A stretch of DNA of 62,602 nucleotides, counting the filler, from Chiloscyllium plagiosum (Eukaryota), in the NCBI RefSeq assembly GCF_004010195.1. It is 5 parts of one record of this genome, joined end to end, with 100 filler letters (N's around TTAATTAATTAA, not from the genome) between each part and the next. Parts side by side here need not be neighbours in the genome. Positions count along the whole stretch, not along the records: positions 17,911 to 30,303 come from NC_057717.1; positions 30,404 to 43,878 come from NC_057717.1; 3 more parts are not named here. One strand, given 5' to 3'. The translations under genes were made by a program, and so were the position numbers. Of the stretch, positions 23,821 to 37,120 are shown piece after piece. The stretch's first letter is position 1. Every line of letters begins with the position of its first letter. The notes beneath the pieces are model-generated. The model had not been told where the DNA came from. It saw nothing but the letters and a program-made list of their open reading frames with translations, and did not search any database.

Positions 23821-25079
23821 TTTTAACTGGAGAAGTTGTAGCACATGGACGTCTCTATCCTCATTCCATACCTTACAAGACCATGCTTGCAGCCTGCCCC
23901 TGAAATGAGCTTACGCAGCCCATTGAGCCCCACGCACAGAGACGAAGATTGTGCTGTGCTCTGGATATTACACACAATGTTTTGGTCTGTGATAACCCAT
24001 CTGAATGAACGGCCCACATATAGACAATAAGGGAATTGTACTTTGTACATGATTCAGACTGTCTATGGCCTTTCTTAAACCAGCTTATTCTGCCAAAATT
24101 ACACATTTGGAATTGAGAAAAGATATATGAATTGTGCAGACAGTGATGGAGTTGTCCTTTATATATTACCAAGTTTGTCACGAGTATAGATTTACCCAGC
24201 TGTCTAAACCCTGCAATCAGAGCCGGTAAGGGATCAGTGTTCTATTCGTTAATAAGTCTGCCTCGGGTCGATGTTAAGTCAACTGACTGAAGTACACACA
24301 TAGATACAGAGTGGGAGACGTGCACTATATATTACTCAGACTGTCTCTGATCTGTACTGGAGCAGCTGACTCAGTCAAACACAAAAATGCAGTGAGAGAA
24401 CCGTGCGCTCTTTAGGACTAAGATTGCCCCTGGTCTGTGTTCCTCCAGTTGACTTAATCCCACCTACAGAGACAATGAGGAAACTGAACTCCATGCATTC
24501 CTCTCGTTTTCGCTGGTCTGTGTTAACCAAGCTGACTGAACACCCCACCGCCGCACTCCCCACACACTCACAAACAATGAAGGAGTTGTGTTCTACATAT
24601 TACTCAGACTATGCCATCCATGGATGTTGACGTGATCATTGTGGGTAAACTTTGTCTGTTGGCTAAGTGATGAAATTACTTTCTGATCAATTTAAAACAA
24701 TCAAATTGTTGATTAATGCTCATTTGATAAATTAATTTCCCTTTGTGCTTCCAACTGCGACTATGTTCCACAGGAAATACCTGAATGTGTGTCTGATATT
24801 GAACAACAGAAGACTTAATCATCAGTCTTCATCGCGGCATCCTGGATCAAATCCTACTTATTGATTTCAATCCTCGTCTGGAATATCTGAGCAGGAACCT
24901 GTCTTTGCAGTACCTCAATACTCTCTTTTCCACTGAGTTGATCTTCTGACCACATTGAATATACATCATGAAGACTAACAACTTCTTCCTACATTCATCC
25001 TTGTCTGAACTTCTCCATTGCAGAAATTTTCATTCATCTCTATGCATACTCACTAAACTTCTGGTTATCCACGACCCTT

Positions 25080-26511
25080 CTGAATGTCCCCTGTACTCAG
25101 AGCGAATCACTTTCACCTATCATCTCTGCAGTCAATGACGTACACCATCCTTTTCATCGATTATCTCTGTACTCATTGAGCTACACTGTCGCATTCACTC
25201 ATCGCCCCATAGGCATTTGTCTACACTGTCCCGTTCAGCATTCACTCCTGTACTCACTGACCTTCACTTTCGCACTCACCATCAGTCCTGTACTCACTGA
25301 TTTACACTGTCCCATTTATGCCTCAACCCTGTACTCCTTGATCAACAGTGCGCTGTTCATCTATCATCCTTGGCCTCACCAACCGACATTGTCCAGTTCA
25401 ACAATTACTGCTGTACTCACTGACCTGTGCTATTCTATTCACTCACCACCACTGTATTCACTGATCTACACTGTTCCATTTATCCATCACTGCTGCATTA
25501 ACTGTCCTCTAATGCTCTGTTTACTTTTCATCCCTGTACACACTGAACTCCACTGTCTCATTCACCCATCACTCTGTACTAACTGACGAATAATTCCCCG
25601 TTTACTGAACACCCCTGAACTCCATGACTTACACTCACTTTCATCCATCACTTCTGTACTCACTGAACTACACTGTCCCATCAACATATCATCATTGTAT
25701 TCACTGCCTACGGTTCAATCCATCATCCTATACCCACTGACCCGCACACTTGGAATCATTTGTCACATGGTATTCGTTGATCTGCATTGCCGGTCGCCCA
25801 TCACACCTATAAAAAAATGAGCAGTACTGCCCCATTCATACATCTTCAATGTACTCACTGACGAGCATTTCCCCAATACCCCTCTACTCGTAGACTGAAA
25901 CTGTTCGGTTCCCGCATTATCCCTGTTCTCATGGGCTTCCACTGACCTGTTCAGGCATCACCCCTGTACTCACTGACCTACGCTGTTCCGTTTCTCCAAC
26001 AGGTCTGTACTCCTCGACCTACACTGTCGGTTTCCTCAACACCTCTGTACTCACTGACGTACATTATAATTTGCACCCTTAATCTTATCACTCAAGGACC
26101 TACACTATCCCGTTCAGCCATCACCTCTGTACTCACTGTACTCACAGTCTTTGATCCATTTATCATCCTGTATTCCCTGACCTGCATTGCCCATTTACCC
26201 ATCACTCCTACACAAACTGACCCACACTGCAACATTTCTCCATCACCCTGTCCTCACTCACCTATACTGACCTGTTTACTCATCATCCTATACTCACTGA
26301 ATTACATCATCCCATTCACCGATGAGGTCAGTGCTCCACCCAAATAATCAGTATGTACCTGCACTCCCGATCACCAATCCCTTCTGCGTTCACTGACCCA
26401 ACACTGCCCTTCTTACCCATTATCCCTGTACTCACTGACCTAAACTGTCCTGTTTATACTTCACTTCTGTCCTCACTCACCTACATTGTTGCTTTTATCC
26501 ATTACCCCGTA
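25080..26511. repeat. Degenerate ~40-41-bp minisatellite (left part)
   Basis: Recurring cctgtactcactgacctacactgtcccattcacccatca; tactc at 25251, 25291 and 25332. Confidence 0.85.
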
Positions 26512-29500
26512 TTCAATTGGAAGGGGACTAATATACTTGCAGGGAAATTTGCTAGAACTGCTTGGGAGGTTTTAAACTAGTAAGGTCGGGGAGGGGGGGA
26601 CCCAGGGAGATACTAAGGAAGGAGATCAATTGGTACAGTTGAGAACAGAAGTGAGTCAAACAGTCAGGGCAGGCAGGGACAAGGTAGGACTAATAAATTA
26701 AACTGCATTTATTTCAATGCAAAGGGCCTAACAGGGAAGGCAGATGAACTCAGGGCATAGTTAGGAATATGGGACTGGGATATCATAGCATTTACAGAAA
26801 CATTGGTCAGGGCAGGACTGGCAGCTAAATGTTCCAGGACACAAATGCTACAGGAAAGATAGAAAGAGAGGCAAGAGAGGAGGGGGAGTGACATTTTTGA
26901 TAAGGGATAGCATTACAGCTGTGCTGAGGGAGGATTTTCCCAGAAATATATCCAGGGAAGTTATTTGGGTGGAACTGATAAATAAGAAAGGGATGATCAC
27001 CTTACTGGGATGGTGTTATAGACCCCCTAACAGTGAGAGGGAAATTAAGAGACAAACTTGGAAGGAGAACTCAGCTATCTGTAAGAATAATAGGGTAGCT
27101 ATGGTAGGGGATTTTAACTTTCCAAACATCGACTGGTACTACCATAGTGTTAAAAGTTTAGGTGGAGAAGAATATCTTAAGTGTGTACAAGAAAACTTTC
27201 TGGTTTAGCAAGTGGATGTACCTGTGAGAGAAGGTGCAAAATTTGAACTACTTTTGGGAAATACGGCAGGGCAGGTGACTGAGGCGTCAGTGGGGGAACA
27301 CTCTGGGGCCAGCGACCATAATTCTATTCGATTTGAAATAGTGATGGAAAAGGATAGAGCAGATCTAAAATTTGAAGTTCTAAATTGGAGAAAGGCCAAT
27401 TTTGATGGTATTAGGCAAACACTTTCGAAAGCTGATTGGAGGCAGATGCTTGCAGGTAAACGGACGGCTAGAAAAAGGGAAGACTTCAGAAATGAGATAA
27501 CAAGAATCCAGAGAAAGTATATTCCTGTCAGCGTGAAAGGGAAGGCTGGTATGTATAGTGAATGCTGGGTGACTAAAGAAATTGAGAGTTTGGTTAAGAA
27601 AAAAGAAGGAACCATATGTCAGGTACAGACAGGATAGATCGAGTGAATCCTGAGAAGAGTACAAAGGAAGTAAGTGTATAGTTAAGAGGGAAATCAGGAG
27701 GGCAAAAGGGGGCATGAGAAAGCTTTGGCAAATAGGATTAAGGAGAATCCAAAGGGGTTTTATAAATATATTAAGGACAAAAGGGTAATGAGGGAGACAA
27801 TTGGGCCCCTTAATGATCAGCAAGGCGGCCTCTGTGAAGAGTCACAAAAAATAGTGGAGATACTAAATGAACACGTTGCATCTGTATTTACTGTGGAAAA
27901 GGATATGGAAGTTGTAGACTGTAGGGAATTAGATGCTCACATCTTGCAAAATGTCCAGATTACAGAGGAGGAATTGTTCGATGTCTTGAAAAGGTGAAAG
28001 GTGGATAAATCACAAGGACCTCATCAGACGTAACCTAAAACTCTGTGGGAAGATAAATACATAATTGCTGGGCCTCTTGCAGAGATATTTGTATCATTGC
28101 TAGTCACAGGTGAGGTGTCGGAAGACTTGAGATTGTCAAACGTGGTGCCACTGTTTAAGAAGGGCGCTCAAGACAAGCCAGGGAACCATAGACCGGTGAG
28201 CCCGACGTCAGTGGTGGGCAAGTTGTTGGAGGGAATACTGAGGTACAGGATGTACATGTATTTGGAAAGGCATGGGCTCATTAGGGATAGTCAACATGGC
28301 TTTGTACGTGGGAAATCATGTCTCACAAACTTGAGTGAGCTTTTTGAAAGGTAACAAAGAAGATTGATGAGGGCAGAGCAGTAGATGTGAACTATATGGA
28401 CACCAGTAAGGCGTTCGACAAGGTTTCTCAAGGGAGACTGATTAGCAAGGTTAGATCTCATGGAATACAGGGAGAACTACCCATTCGGATGCAGAACTAG
28501 CTGAAAAGTAGAAGACAGAGGGTGATGGTGGAGGGTTGTTTTTCAGACAGGAGGCCTGTGACCAGTGCAGTGCCTCAAGGATCGATGCTGGGTCCTCTAC
28601 TTTTTGTCATTTTCATAAACAATTTGGATGCGAGCATAATACAGTTAGTAAGTTTGCAGATGACACCAAAATTGGAGGTGTAGTGGACAGCGAAGAGGGT
28701 TACCTCAGCTTACAACAGGATCTTGACCAGATGGGCCAATGGGCTGAGAAATGGCAGATGGAGATTAATTCAGATAAATGTGAGCTGCTGCATTTTATGA
28801 AAGCAAATCTTAGCAGGACTTATATACTTAATGCTAACGTACTAAGGAGTGTTGCTGAACAAAGCGACCTTGGAGTGCAGGTTTATAACTCATTGAAAGT
28901 GGAGTCGCAGGTAGATAGGATAGTGAAGAAGGCGTTTGGTATGCTTTCCTTTATTGGTCAGTGCATTGAGTACAGGAGTTGTGAGGTCACCTTGCGGCTG
29001 TACAGGACATTGGTTAGGCCACTGTTGGAATATTGCGTGCAAATCTGGTCTCCTTCCTATCGGAAATATTCTGTGAAACTTGAAGAGGTTTCAGAAAATA
29101 TTTACAAGGATGTTGCAAAGGTTGGAGGTTTGAGCTATGGGGAGTGGCTGAACAGGCTGGGGCTCTTTTCCCTGGAGCGTCGGGGGCTGAGGGGTGACCT
29201 GAGAGAGATTTACAAAATTATGAGGTGCATGGATAGGATAAATAGTCTTTTCCCTGGGGTCGGGGAGTACAGAACTAGAGGGCATAGGTTTAGGGTGAAA
29301 TGGGAAAGATATAAAAGAGACCTAAGGGGCAACGTTTTCACGCAGAACGTGGTACGTGTATGGAATCAGCTGCCAGAGGCTGTGATGGAGGCTGGTACAA
29401 TTGCAATATTTAAGAGGAATTTAGATTGGTATATGAAAAGGAAGGGTTTGGAGAGATGTGGGCTGCATGCTGGCAGATGGGACTAGGTTGGGTTGGATTT

Positions 29501-29565
29501 CTGGTCGGCATGGACAGGGTGGACCGAGGGTCTGTTTCCATGCTTTACACCTCTATGACTCTATA
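26512..29565 (+). mobile_element. 5'-truncated CR1/HER1 LINE: ORF1 end plus nearly complete, disrupted ORF2 (APE endonuclease and RT)
   Basis: ORF1 tail NWKGTNILAGKFARTAWEVLN*. EN motifs YFNAKG, CYRPPNS, VGDFNFPNIDW and SDHN. RT motifs VVPLFKKG, QHGFVRGKSCLTNL and KFADDTK. Tail ctctatgactctat. Several stops and frameshifts. Confidence 0.96.
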
Positions 29566-30200
29566 ATTAGCTACGCAGTCCCGTTGACACTCCACCATTT
29601 TACATACTGAGTAACAGTGTTCCGTTCAGCCATCATCACTGTTCTCGCAAAACTACATTCTCCCAATCACCCATCATTCATGCATTCCCTGTCCTGCACT
29701 GTTCCATTCAACCATCATTCTTGTAATCACTGACATACAGGGCCAAGTCCACTCGTCACCTTTGTACACAGTGACCAACACTGCCCTCTTCATACATTAC
29801 TCCTATACTCACTGATCTGACCTGTCCCATTCACCCATCATCCCTGTACTGACTGAGCCGTTCAGCCACCAGTCCTGCATTCACTGACTTATACTGTTCC
29901 GTTTCCAATCCATGCATTTACTCACTGACCTTTAGTGCTCCATTCCCCATGACTTACGTTGTAATTCACCAAATCTGTCCTTTTCTCCCATTACTCAGAT
30001 ATTCATTCACCTTCACAGCCCATTTCACTCATCAACCCTGTACTCACTGAGCTACACCGTCCAATTCACCTATCACCCCTGTACTTAGTGACCGACATTA
30101 TCCCCATCACAAGTTACCCCTGTACTCAACGACCTACACTATCCCGTTCACCTTTTGCTACTCTACTCACCGATCTACTCTGGCCCGTGAGCCCATCACT
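29566..30200. repeat. Degenerate ~41-bp minisatellite (continuation after the CR1 insertion)
   Basis: Same tactcactga...cactgtcccattcacccatca motif as 25080-26511. Confidence 0.85.
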
Positions 30201-30303
30201 TCTGGATTAGAATGGTGCTGGAATAGCACGGCAGTTCAGGCAGCATCGAGGAGCAGGAAAAGCGATGTATTGGGCAAAAGCCCCTCATCAGGAATACAGG
30301 CAG
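30201..30303 (-). mobile_element. PLE pLTR arm truncated by a gap
   Basis: tctggattagaatggtgctgg...gggcaaaagcccctcatcaggaatacaggcag; paralogous to 50494-50597. Confidence 0.8.
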
Positions 30304-30914
30304 NNNNNNNNNNNNNNNNNNNNNNNNNNNNNNNNNNNNNNNNNNNNTTAATTAATTAANNNNNNNNNNNNNNNNNNNNNNNNNNNNNNNNNNNNNNNNN
30401 NNNAAGCCAATTTTGTTTCGATCTGGTTAAGTTTCCATTGACCGTCCGGGTTTGTTTTTTTTTAATCAGCATCTCAAGTGGGATCTTGGCCACGGCCTTA
30501 CTGATATCCAATTAGATGACATCAAATACGAAATGCAGATGGAAATCCTTGATCATTTTCTCGAAATATTTCATCAGATGTGTTAAGCATGGTATTTCTC
30601 CGGAAATGTGACGCTGACCACCCCTCTATAAATAGAGAGTAGTGCTGTGCCTCATCATTTTCCACAACGGTTTCCAACCCCCGATATTAGAGTCGCTGAT
30701 CTATGGTTCTCTCGTTTATTTCTACCAATCGTCCTGTAACGATGATTGATAAATATAATCCTCTAGCTTTTCCATTGAGGCCAGATATGATGTGAACGTT
30801 TTGTTTATGTCCCGCGTAATTTCCTAAACTCTGTGAAATCCAATAAAATTTGTCTCCTTATCGCAATCAGCTGCAGAAGTTCACATGTAACATCTCTAAT
30901 TCTATCCTAACAAG

Positions 30915-31640
30915 TCCTGGCAGATGAGGTTTAATGTAGATATAAGTGCGATGTTGCAGTTTGGTAAGGCAATTCAGGGCAGGACTTATACACTTAATGT
31001 CAAGGCCCTGGGGAGCGTGGATCAATCAAAGAAACCTTGAGGTGCCGGTTCATAATTCTTTGAAAGTGGACTCGTAGGTAGGCAGGGAGCGAAAATGCAT
31101 GTGGCACATTTGGCTTTATTGACCAGTGCATTAAGGATAGGGTTTAACATGCCATTTGCGTTCGTACAGGATTTTCTTAGGTGTTCTTAGAATAGCCTGA
31201 TCAGTTCTGCTCGCTCTACTATAGGAGTGACGTTGTGAAAATTAAAATTGTTTTCCATGAAGCGTCGGAGGCTGACAGGTGACATTATTGAAATTTATAA
31301 AATTATGAGGGTCGTGAAGCCTGTGAATGGCCAAGTTATTTGTATCCCCGGGACGGAGCAGTCCAAAATTAGAGAATATAGTTTTAAAGTGTGCGGGTAA
31401 AGATTTAAAAGAAACCCAAGGGGCATGTTATTCACACATAAAATATAACATGTGTGGGATGAGCTGCATGTGGAGGATTTTACAATTCAAACATTTAAAC
31501 CGTATGTAGATGGGTAGTCGAATACAAAGGTTTTACAGAGATATGGGCCAAATACTCGCAAATGAAACAAGATCATATTTGGGTGGACGAGTTCGAATGA
31601 AAGATGTATTTCCATGCTGCACATTTCAATGACTCTGTGA
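30915..31640 (+). mobile_element. Decayed CR1 3' portion
   Basis: tggcagatgaggtttaat (WQMxFN), ggaggctgacaggtgac (RLxGD) and tail gtatttccatgctgcacatttcaatgactctgtga. Confidence 0.8.
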
Positions 31641-33406
31641 CATATGTCTTTACCTTTATATGTCTTTCGTCTCCCAAATGAAGACAGATGTGAAATATTC
31701 ATAGAAGACGCTGTTATAGCAGAGATTATGCGATTGCCTCCTGAAATGATTAACTGTTTCCCTGGTTATTCTCTGCTGCAGAATGGTTGCGGCACTCAAA
31801 ATGTTATGGCCGCTACCTCTCCACATGTGCCGTAAGATCTGCTAATTCTTGCAAAATGTTCTGGTTTTGGATTCAGTGAATTTCCATGTTCAAGGCTGGG
31901 TAGTATCAGCCCATGAAAGTTGCAGGGGCCTGGGTGAGAATGCTGGGCAGTTGGCGGCCGAAAGAAGTTGGAGTGATCATTGCACTCAGCGCAAATGTGT
32001 GTTTTGTTGTTCCTTTTCCAGAAAAGTACAAGTTTCTTGGATCAGCAGTGACATTATTGGAGCAGATGAATAATTTTTGATACTGACATTTATTAGGGGT
32101 AACGACGACTGAGAGTTGCAATGTAAATTCAGCATAGCGTTTCTGACAGCAGTTAAACAATGTGGTAAATTATGTGTTTCATGAGCCTGCACAAGTTAGA
32201 CTAATGCAAGCTCTGTGCAAGAGCGTGCAGCTGTTTATTTTTAAATGCTGAAGACAAAGAAAAGAACATTCCACATTGGACTTACTTAATTAATCCCTAT
32301 TTACTTTTATCAACAATCTGTTACAATCCGAAAAATATGTTTTAATAGGGATCCTTCAAGTAATCATAGTTAAAGCATCTGAAGCAGTCACAGATTCACC
32401 TATTTGGAAAGAAATCACTAAAAGCTTTAGAAAAAATGATTCAAATAAACCAGTCCTAAGTAATAAAAACAGCCCCAATATCAATACAGGATGAACTGAA
32501 TTACAAGTACAGAAACGAGCAAACATTAGAATGTGAGTTGAATGAACACATTGTCCGACACCCACGGATAACGTTAAACATGGTGTAAGTGGCAAATATG
32601 TGAGAAGGAATATTCATCAATAAGTATTCATTGTTAAGAAAAACCTCAAAAAGGTAAACAAGCCATTTTGGGAAACATCATGAACCATGGAGCTTTACTC
32701 GAAATATATCTATCTCCAACCGTTCAGCCACATGAGTGGCTTCATTGGAAATGTGCATCATCATTGTATAATATGATTGGTTTACAAATGTTAAAGGCAG
32801 GATCGTACAAAAGCATGAAAATATATGTTCTCCTTTATTTGGCAAAGACCGATCAGAGGGTTTCTTCCCACTGCTGTAATTTCCATTGACTTTTGACGCT
32901 TTGTGTTAAGTACATCATTTGGTCATTCCACTTCAACAGTTTGGTTTTGCGAGCAGTGCACTGACGAAAAAGGAATCAGGCAAAGCGAGTACTTTGTATT
33001 CATTGTGATGTGTTTCCCCAGCTTTCTTGGAGATCTTTATGACCCCGTATACATAACTAATTTGGGTACAACCAGTCTTAAAGAACGAGGATACCAGGAT
33101 GACGATGGTGTGTCAATAGGACAACAGTCTGTAGGTAGGACGTCGAGAGTGTTGTTTGCGCTTTGACTTCAGCAACAATGGTCGGACCAGACTGTCTTTA
33201 ATCAATGGATAATTAACCTGATGTTGATATATTTTGGCACTGGAGCATAATTACTACACGGGTCTGTGTCAGGTGAATGGGGCGCACTATTTCCTGTCGA
33301 GGGAGTTGGTAGGACCTCTCACTTGGCGAAGGATTTAGTGGAATCAGTCGAGAATGTTGTGTGTGGGTGTGTACGGGGCCTCGGTGATTTCTCTTGATGA
33401 CGTATG

Positions 33407-33914
33407 TGTCATGTCTATGTGCAGGGTCTGTTTTTTCCCAGCAGTCAGGGGATCAGACACAAATACAGATATCAAGTTTATTGTTCCTTAATAATAACCA
33501 GGAGGGGAGAGGAAGAATTAACTTGGGAGCCTGAGGACCCTCTCACCCTATTTTTAGCAGACAGCACAAAATTAACTGACTTAATGATTGACGATAAATG
33601 GAATCTGTCATTTTTATGCATTTATTAAGGGGTTAGTTGGAAAGGATTGTTGCAAGTAATTTGGAATAGCAATAATAAGTCGTGATAGCCGGTTGGGTTC
33701 GGCTAGGATAACGTATATGGGCATTGTATTTTCGGTTCCTTTTGTTTCATTCCATAATTTTGTAAAAAAAAATCTGTTTGTTTTAAATCGGCCATCTGAC
33801 CAACTAATTCAGTCTAAGAATATCCATCATATCATTTCCTGAAACAAACAGCAAGGTTAGGGTCTCGCCTACTTACATAAAAATGTTTTGAGGGATGCAG
33901 CCTCGTCCATAATA
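33407..33914 (+). mobile_element. Possible solo LTR
   Basis: Imperfect inverted termini TGTCATG...CATAATA, about 500 bp long, and a 3' part resembling shark LTR ends as recalled. No clear target-site duplication. Confidence 0.35.
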
Positions 33915-35818
33915 CAGCCAGCTGGGGCACCTTGCTGGTTAAGTAGGGGAATCAACAAAATAGTAAGGAAATGTCAAAGTGGAATCTTTATGGGTGAAGA
34001 TGCGGAACACAACAGGGACAAAGACATTCCTGGAGTTTTGTACAGATCAATAAACAGCAGTTGTGAGTTTGGAGATGGCAGCAAAGGGGAAATTAGCGAT
34101 GCTGCCGTAAAAGTACACAATTTATTATGGATGATTTCAGTCTTGATTTGACAAATCAAAATGTGAGCAATATGATAGGTGAGGATGTTCAGAAACGCAA
34201 AAGTTATGATTATCGCCATCAATATATCAAGGAGTCAACTAGAGACCAAGAAATCGAGACTAGGGATTGTGTAACAAAAGAAGTTAATTAAAAACTTTGT
34301 GATGCAAGATCCTTTTTGAATGAATGACCATGATATGGCACAAGTTTTCTTTATGTTGGAAAGAGACACCCTTAAGTTGGAGACTAGGATTCTGAATTTA
34401 ATGAAAGCTAACTTTGTTAGTGTGAGGCATACATTGGGTAGAATAAGCTGACCAAGGACACTTTTGGAGTTGACAACGGATAAGCAATGGCAGACATTAA
34501 ATTGAACTTCACCATTTGTACATCGCTGTCCTATGTAAGGGTAAAAGAGGGAAGGCGTGTCAGCCACGGACAACAAGGAAAATCAGGGAAACATATAAAG
34601 CCAAAGAGGAGGCATACAAATTGGTCAGAAAAAGAAGCAAATCTCTGGACTGGGAGAAATTAAATTTATGCTGAAGAGGACAAAACATTTAATTTGAATA
34701 GATAAACTAGAATAGCTCACAGCAAACATAAAAAGCTGCCAGCAAAACATTCTCTGGATAAGTGAAGAAAAAAAGACGGGTGAAGACAAATGCAGGTCCG
34801 TTATATTTGGAATCAAGTGGATTCGTAATTGCCAACAAAGAGATTTCAGAACAGTGCAAGAGATACTTTGGGTCTGTCTTCACTAAGGAGGCCACAAATA
34901 CCTTCCGGAAATGCTTGGGGACAAAGGTTCAAGCATAATGGAAGAACTGAAGGGTATCCTTACTCGACAGGAAAATTGACTTGGAGAAATTGATGAGATT
35001 AAATACCCACAAGTCTCTAGTGTCTGATGCTCTGCATTCCAGTGTACTTAAGGAGTTGGCCCTAAAATGTGGATGCATTGGTGATCATTTTGCAGCATTC
35101 TGTAGAGTCTGGAATTACTAACAATCGACTCAACTGTTCACATTACACATTATTGACGAAGGAACTGAATGCAATGTCTCGAAATGTTCAGATGACACTA
35201 TGTTGGGTGGCAGTCTGTGCTATGTTAAGGATGCTGAGAGTAACTTGGACAGGCTGGCTGATTGGGCAAATAGTTGGCACGTGCAGTATAATTGGGATAA
35301 ATGTGAAGTTATCCACTTTGGTCGCAAAAATATGGCAGAATGATGGCAGTTAAGGAAAAGGTGAGGTGCAACTAAGCAAGAGTTTCGCGCTGACAACGTT
35401 GCTGAAGGTGCACCATGAGGTAAGGAAAACAAATGCATTGGCTGCCTTCTATAGCCATGGGGTTTGAGCATAAGAGAGTAATGCATTTGAGCACTTTATG
35501 GAGCCTGATCTTGAGCAGTCTGGGCAATTTTGGTGTCTTGGGCTCAGAAACGATAATGTTGCAATTACAGGCAGCGAACAAAGGCTCAGCACACTGACTC
35601 CTAGAATGGTAGGAATGGCATCTGAAGAAAGATTGGATCGACAAAGTTGAGCGACGTGAATTTAGAAGAATACATAGGTTGGATCTCATAGAAACATAAC
35701 ATCCTAATGGAACTGAACAGGCTAGATGTATGGGATAGTGTTACTGGTTTTGAGAAGATCTTTAACGCTGTTTGAGATTCTGGGTGTAGATTTGTTTGCT
35801 GAGCGGGAAGGTTAATTT

Positions 35819-35858
35819 TCAGACGTTTCGTCACCATACTGGGTAATATCTTCAGTGA
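35819..35858 (-). ncRNA. Minimal hammerhead ribozyme motif
   Basis: Minus strand: tca CTGAAGA t attacc cagtat ggtgac GAAACGTC tga (one mismatch at the base of stem II). Confidence 0.65.
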
Positions 35859-36303
35859 ACTTGAAAGAAACTATACAGACAAGTAATACTAATATCATTT
35901 ACAAAATATAGTGCAAGAATTGTAACAAACAGCACATTGGACAAACAGACAGAAAGTTAACTACCAGGACACATGAACATCAACTAGCCACAATATGACA
36001 TGACCATCTCTCACTAGTATCCTCACATAAAAATAAGGAAGGACACCACTTCGACTGGGACAACACATCCATCTTAGGACAAGGCAAACAGAGACACATT
36101 TGAGAATTCATAGACGCGTGACTTTCCAACTGGAACTCTATCAACGCATGCATTGACTAGGACCTCATTAACCACCCCCTGAGAAAAATAACAGGAAATG
36201 GTATCACCATAGGAAAGGACATTACCACAGGAAATGATATCACCAACTCAAAGAAACATGTAAATAGAAAGCAGGAATCATCAGCAGTACTTCGCCCAAG
36301 GGC

Positions 36304-36343
36304 TCACTGAAGATGTTACCCAGTATGGTGACGAAACGTCTGA
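36304..36343 (+). ncRNA. Minimal hammerhead ribozyme motif
   Basis: tca CTGAAGA t gttacc cagtat ggtgac GAAACGTC tga: stem I tca/tga, 6-bp stem II, ACGT palindrome, GUC site. Confidence 0.78.
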
Positions 36344-37080
36344 AAATGAAACTTCCAGCTTAGCAAGCAAACCGACATCCAATGTTTCTGGTTTTTCAGA
36401 AGACAAGAACAAGGAGTCGCAGTCTAAGACAACGGTGTGAACCATTCAACCCTGAGATGAGGAAGGAATTCTTCACTTAGACAGTTGTGAACCTTTGGAA
36501 TTCTTAACCATTGGAAATTATAGGTGTAAGATCGTCAGAAAAATTCAAGACGTGGAGATGCTGCTTTTGGACTGTGGTGTATCGAGACAGAAAACGCATA
36601 CCAACATGTTAAATTCAAATAAACAGCTTTTGGACCGCTGCTCCAAGTCTCCCCCTATTTCAAGCAAGGATTGGGATATGAAATGTAGTAGCACAAGGAG
36701 ACGTTTCTGCCCATCAATGAATTCCTTGCTGATATGATGATCCTCAGCTCTTCTTTCCTGCTTTTATTTAATCACACTTTGTTTTCTTCCTGATTATCAA
36801 TCTTTCACACTTCGCCTTGAATGGACGAGACATGATCGTATGAGGTATGATCAACAATCTCACAAATGACATAATGATTGATTTGGAGTTAAATAATGAA
36901 GTAGGAATGCCTGAGAAAGGAAGATCAGATTATCTTCAGGCACAAATAAATTTAATCCTGAAAATGTGAGAGGAAACCTCTTTGGAGAAATAAAAGTATA
37001 CTTGCTCAAAGTTTGTGCGAAGATTTGTAGCTCGGGTGCTCGTTGTTGTGGTTCTGTTCGCCGAGCTGGAAGTTTTTGTT

Positions 37081-37120
37081 GCAAACGTTTCGTCCCCTGG
37101 CTAGGCGACATCATCAGTGC
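37081..37120 (-). ncRNA. Minimal hammerhead ribozyme motif
   Basis: Minus strand: gca CTGATGA t gtcgcc tagcca ggggac GAAACGTT tgc. Confidence 0.72.

Larger units (their letters stand above)
35752..36381 (+). mobile_element. Truncated Penelope-like element (GIY-YIG endonuclease relic) with inverted pLTRs
   Basis: NIIYKI*CKNCNKQHIGQTDRKLTTRTHEHQLA from about 35890. Arms 35781-35858 and 36304-36381 are inverted. Flanking TGTTACTGGTTTT / TGTTTCTGGTTTT (12/13) is a candidate TSD. Confidence 0.88.
33915..36520 (+). mobile_element. Old, internally deleted CR1 ORF2 interrupted by a PLE at 35752-36381
   Basis: Decayed EN (ggagttttgtacagatca, gaccatgatatg), atactttgggtctgtcttcactaaggag (YFxSVFTKE), cagatgacacta (ADDT) and aaatgtgaagttatccactttgg (KCEVIHFG). 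Confidence 0.75.
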
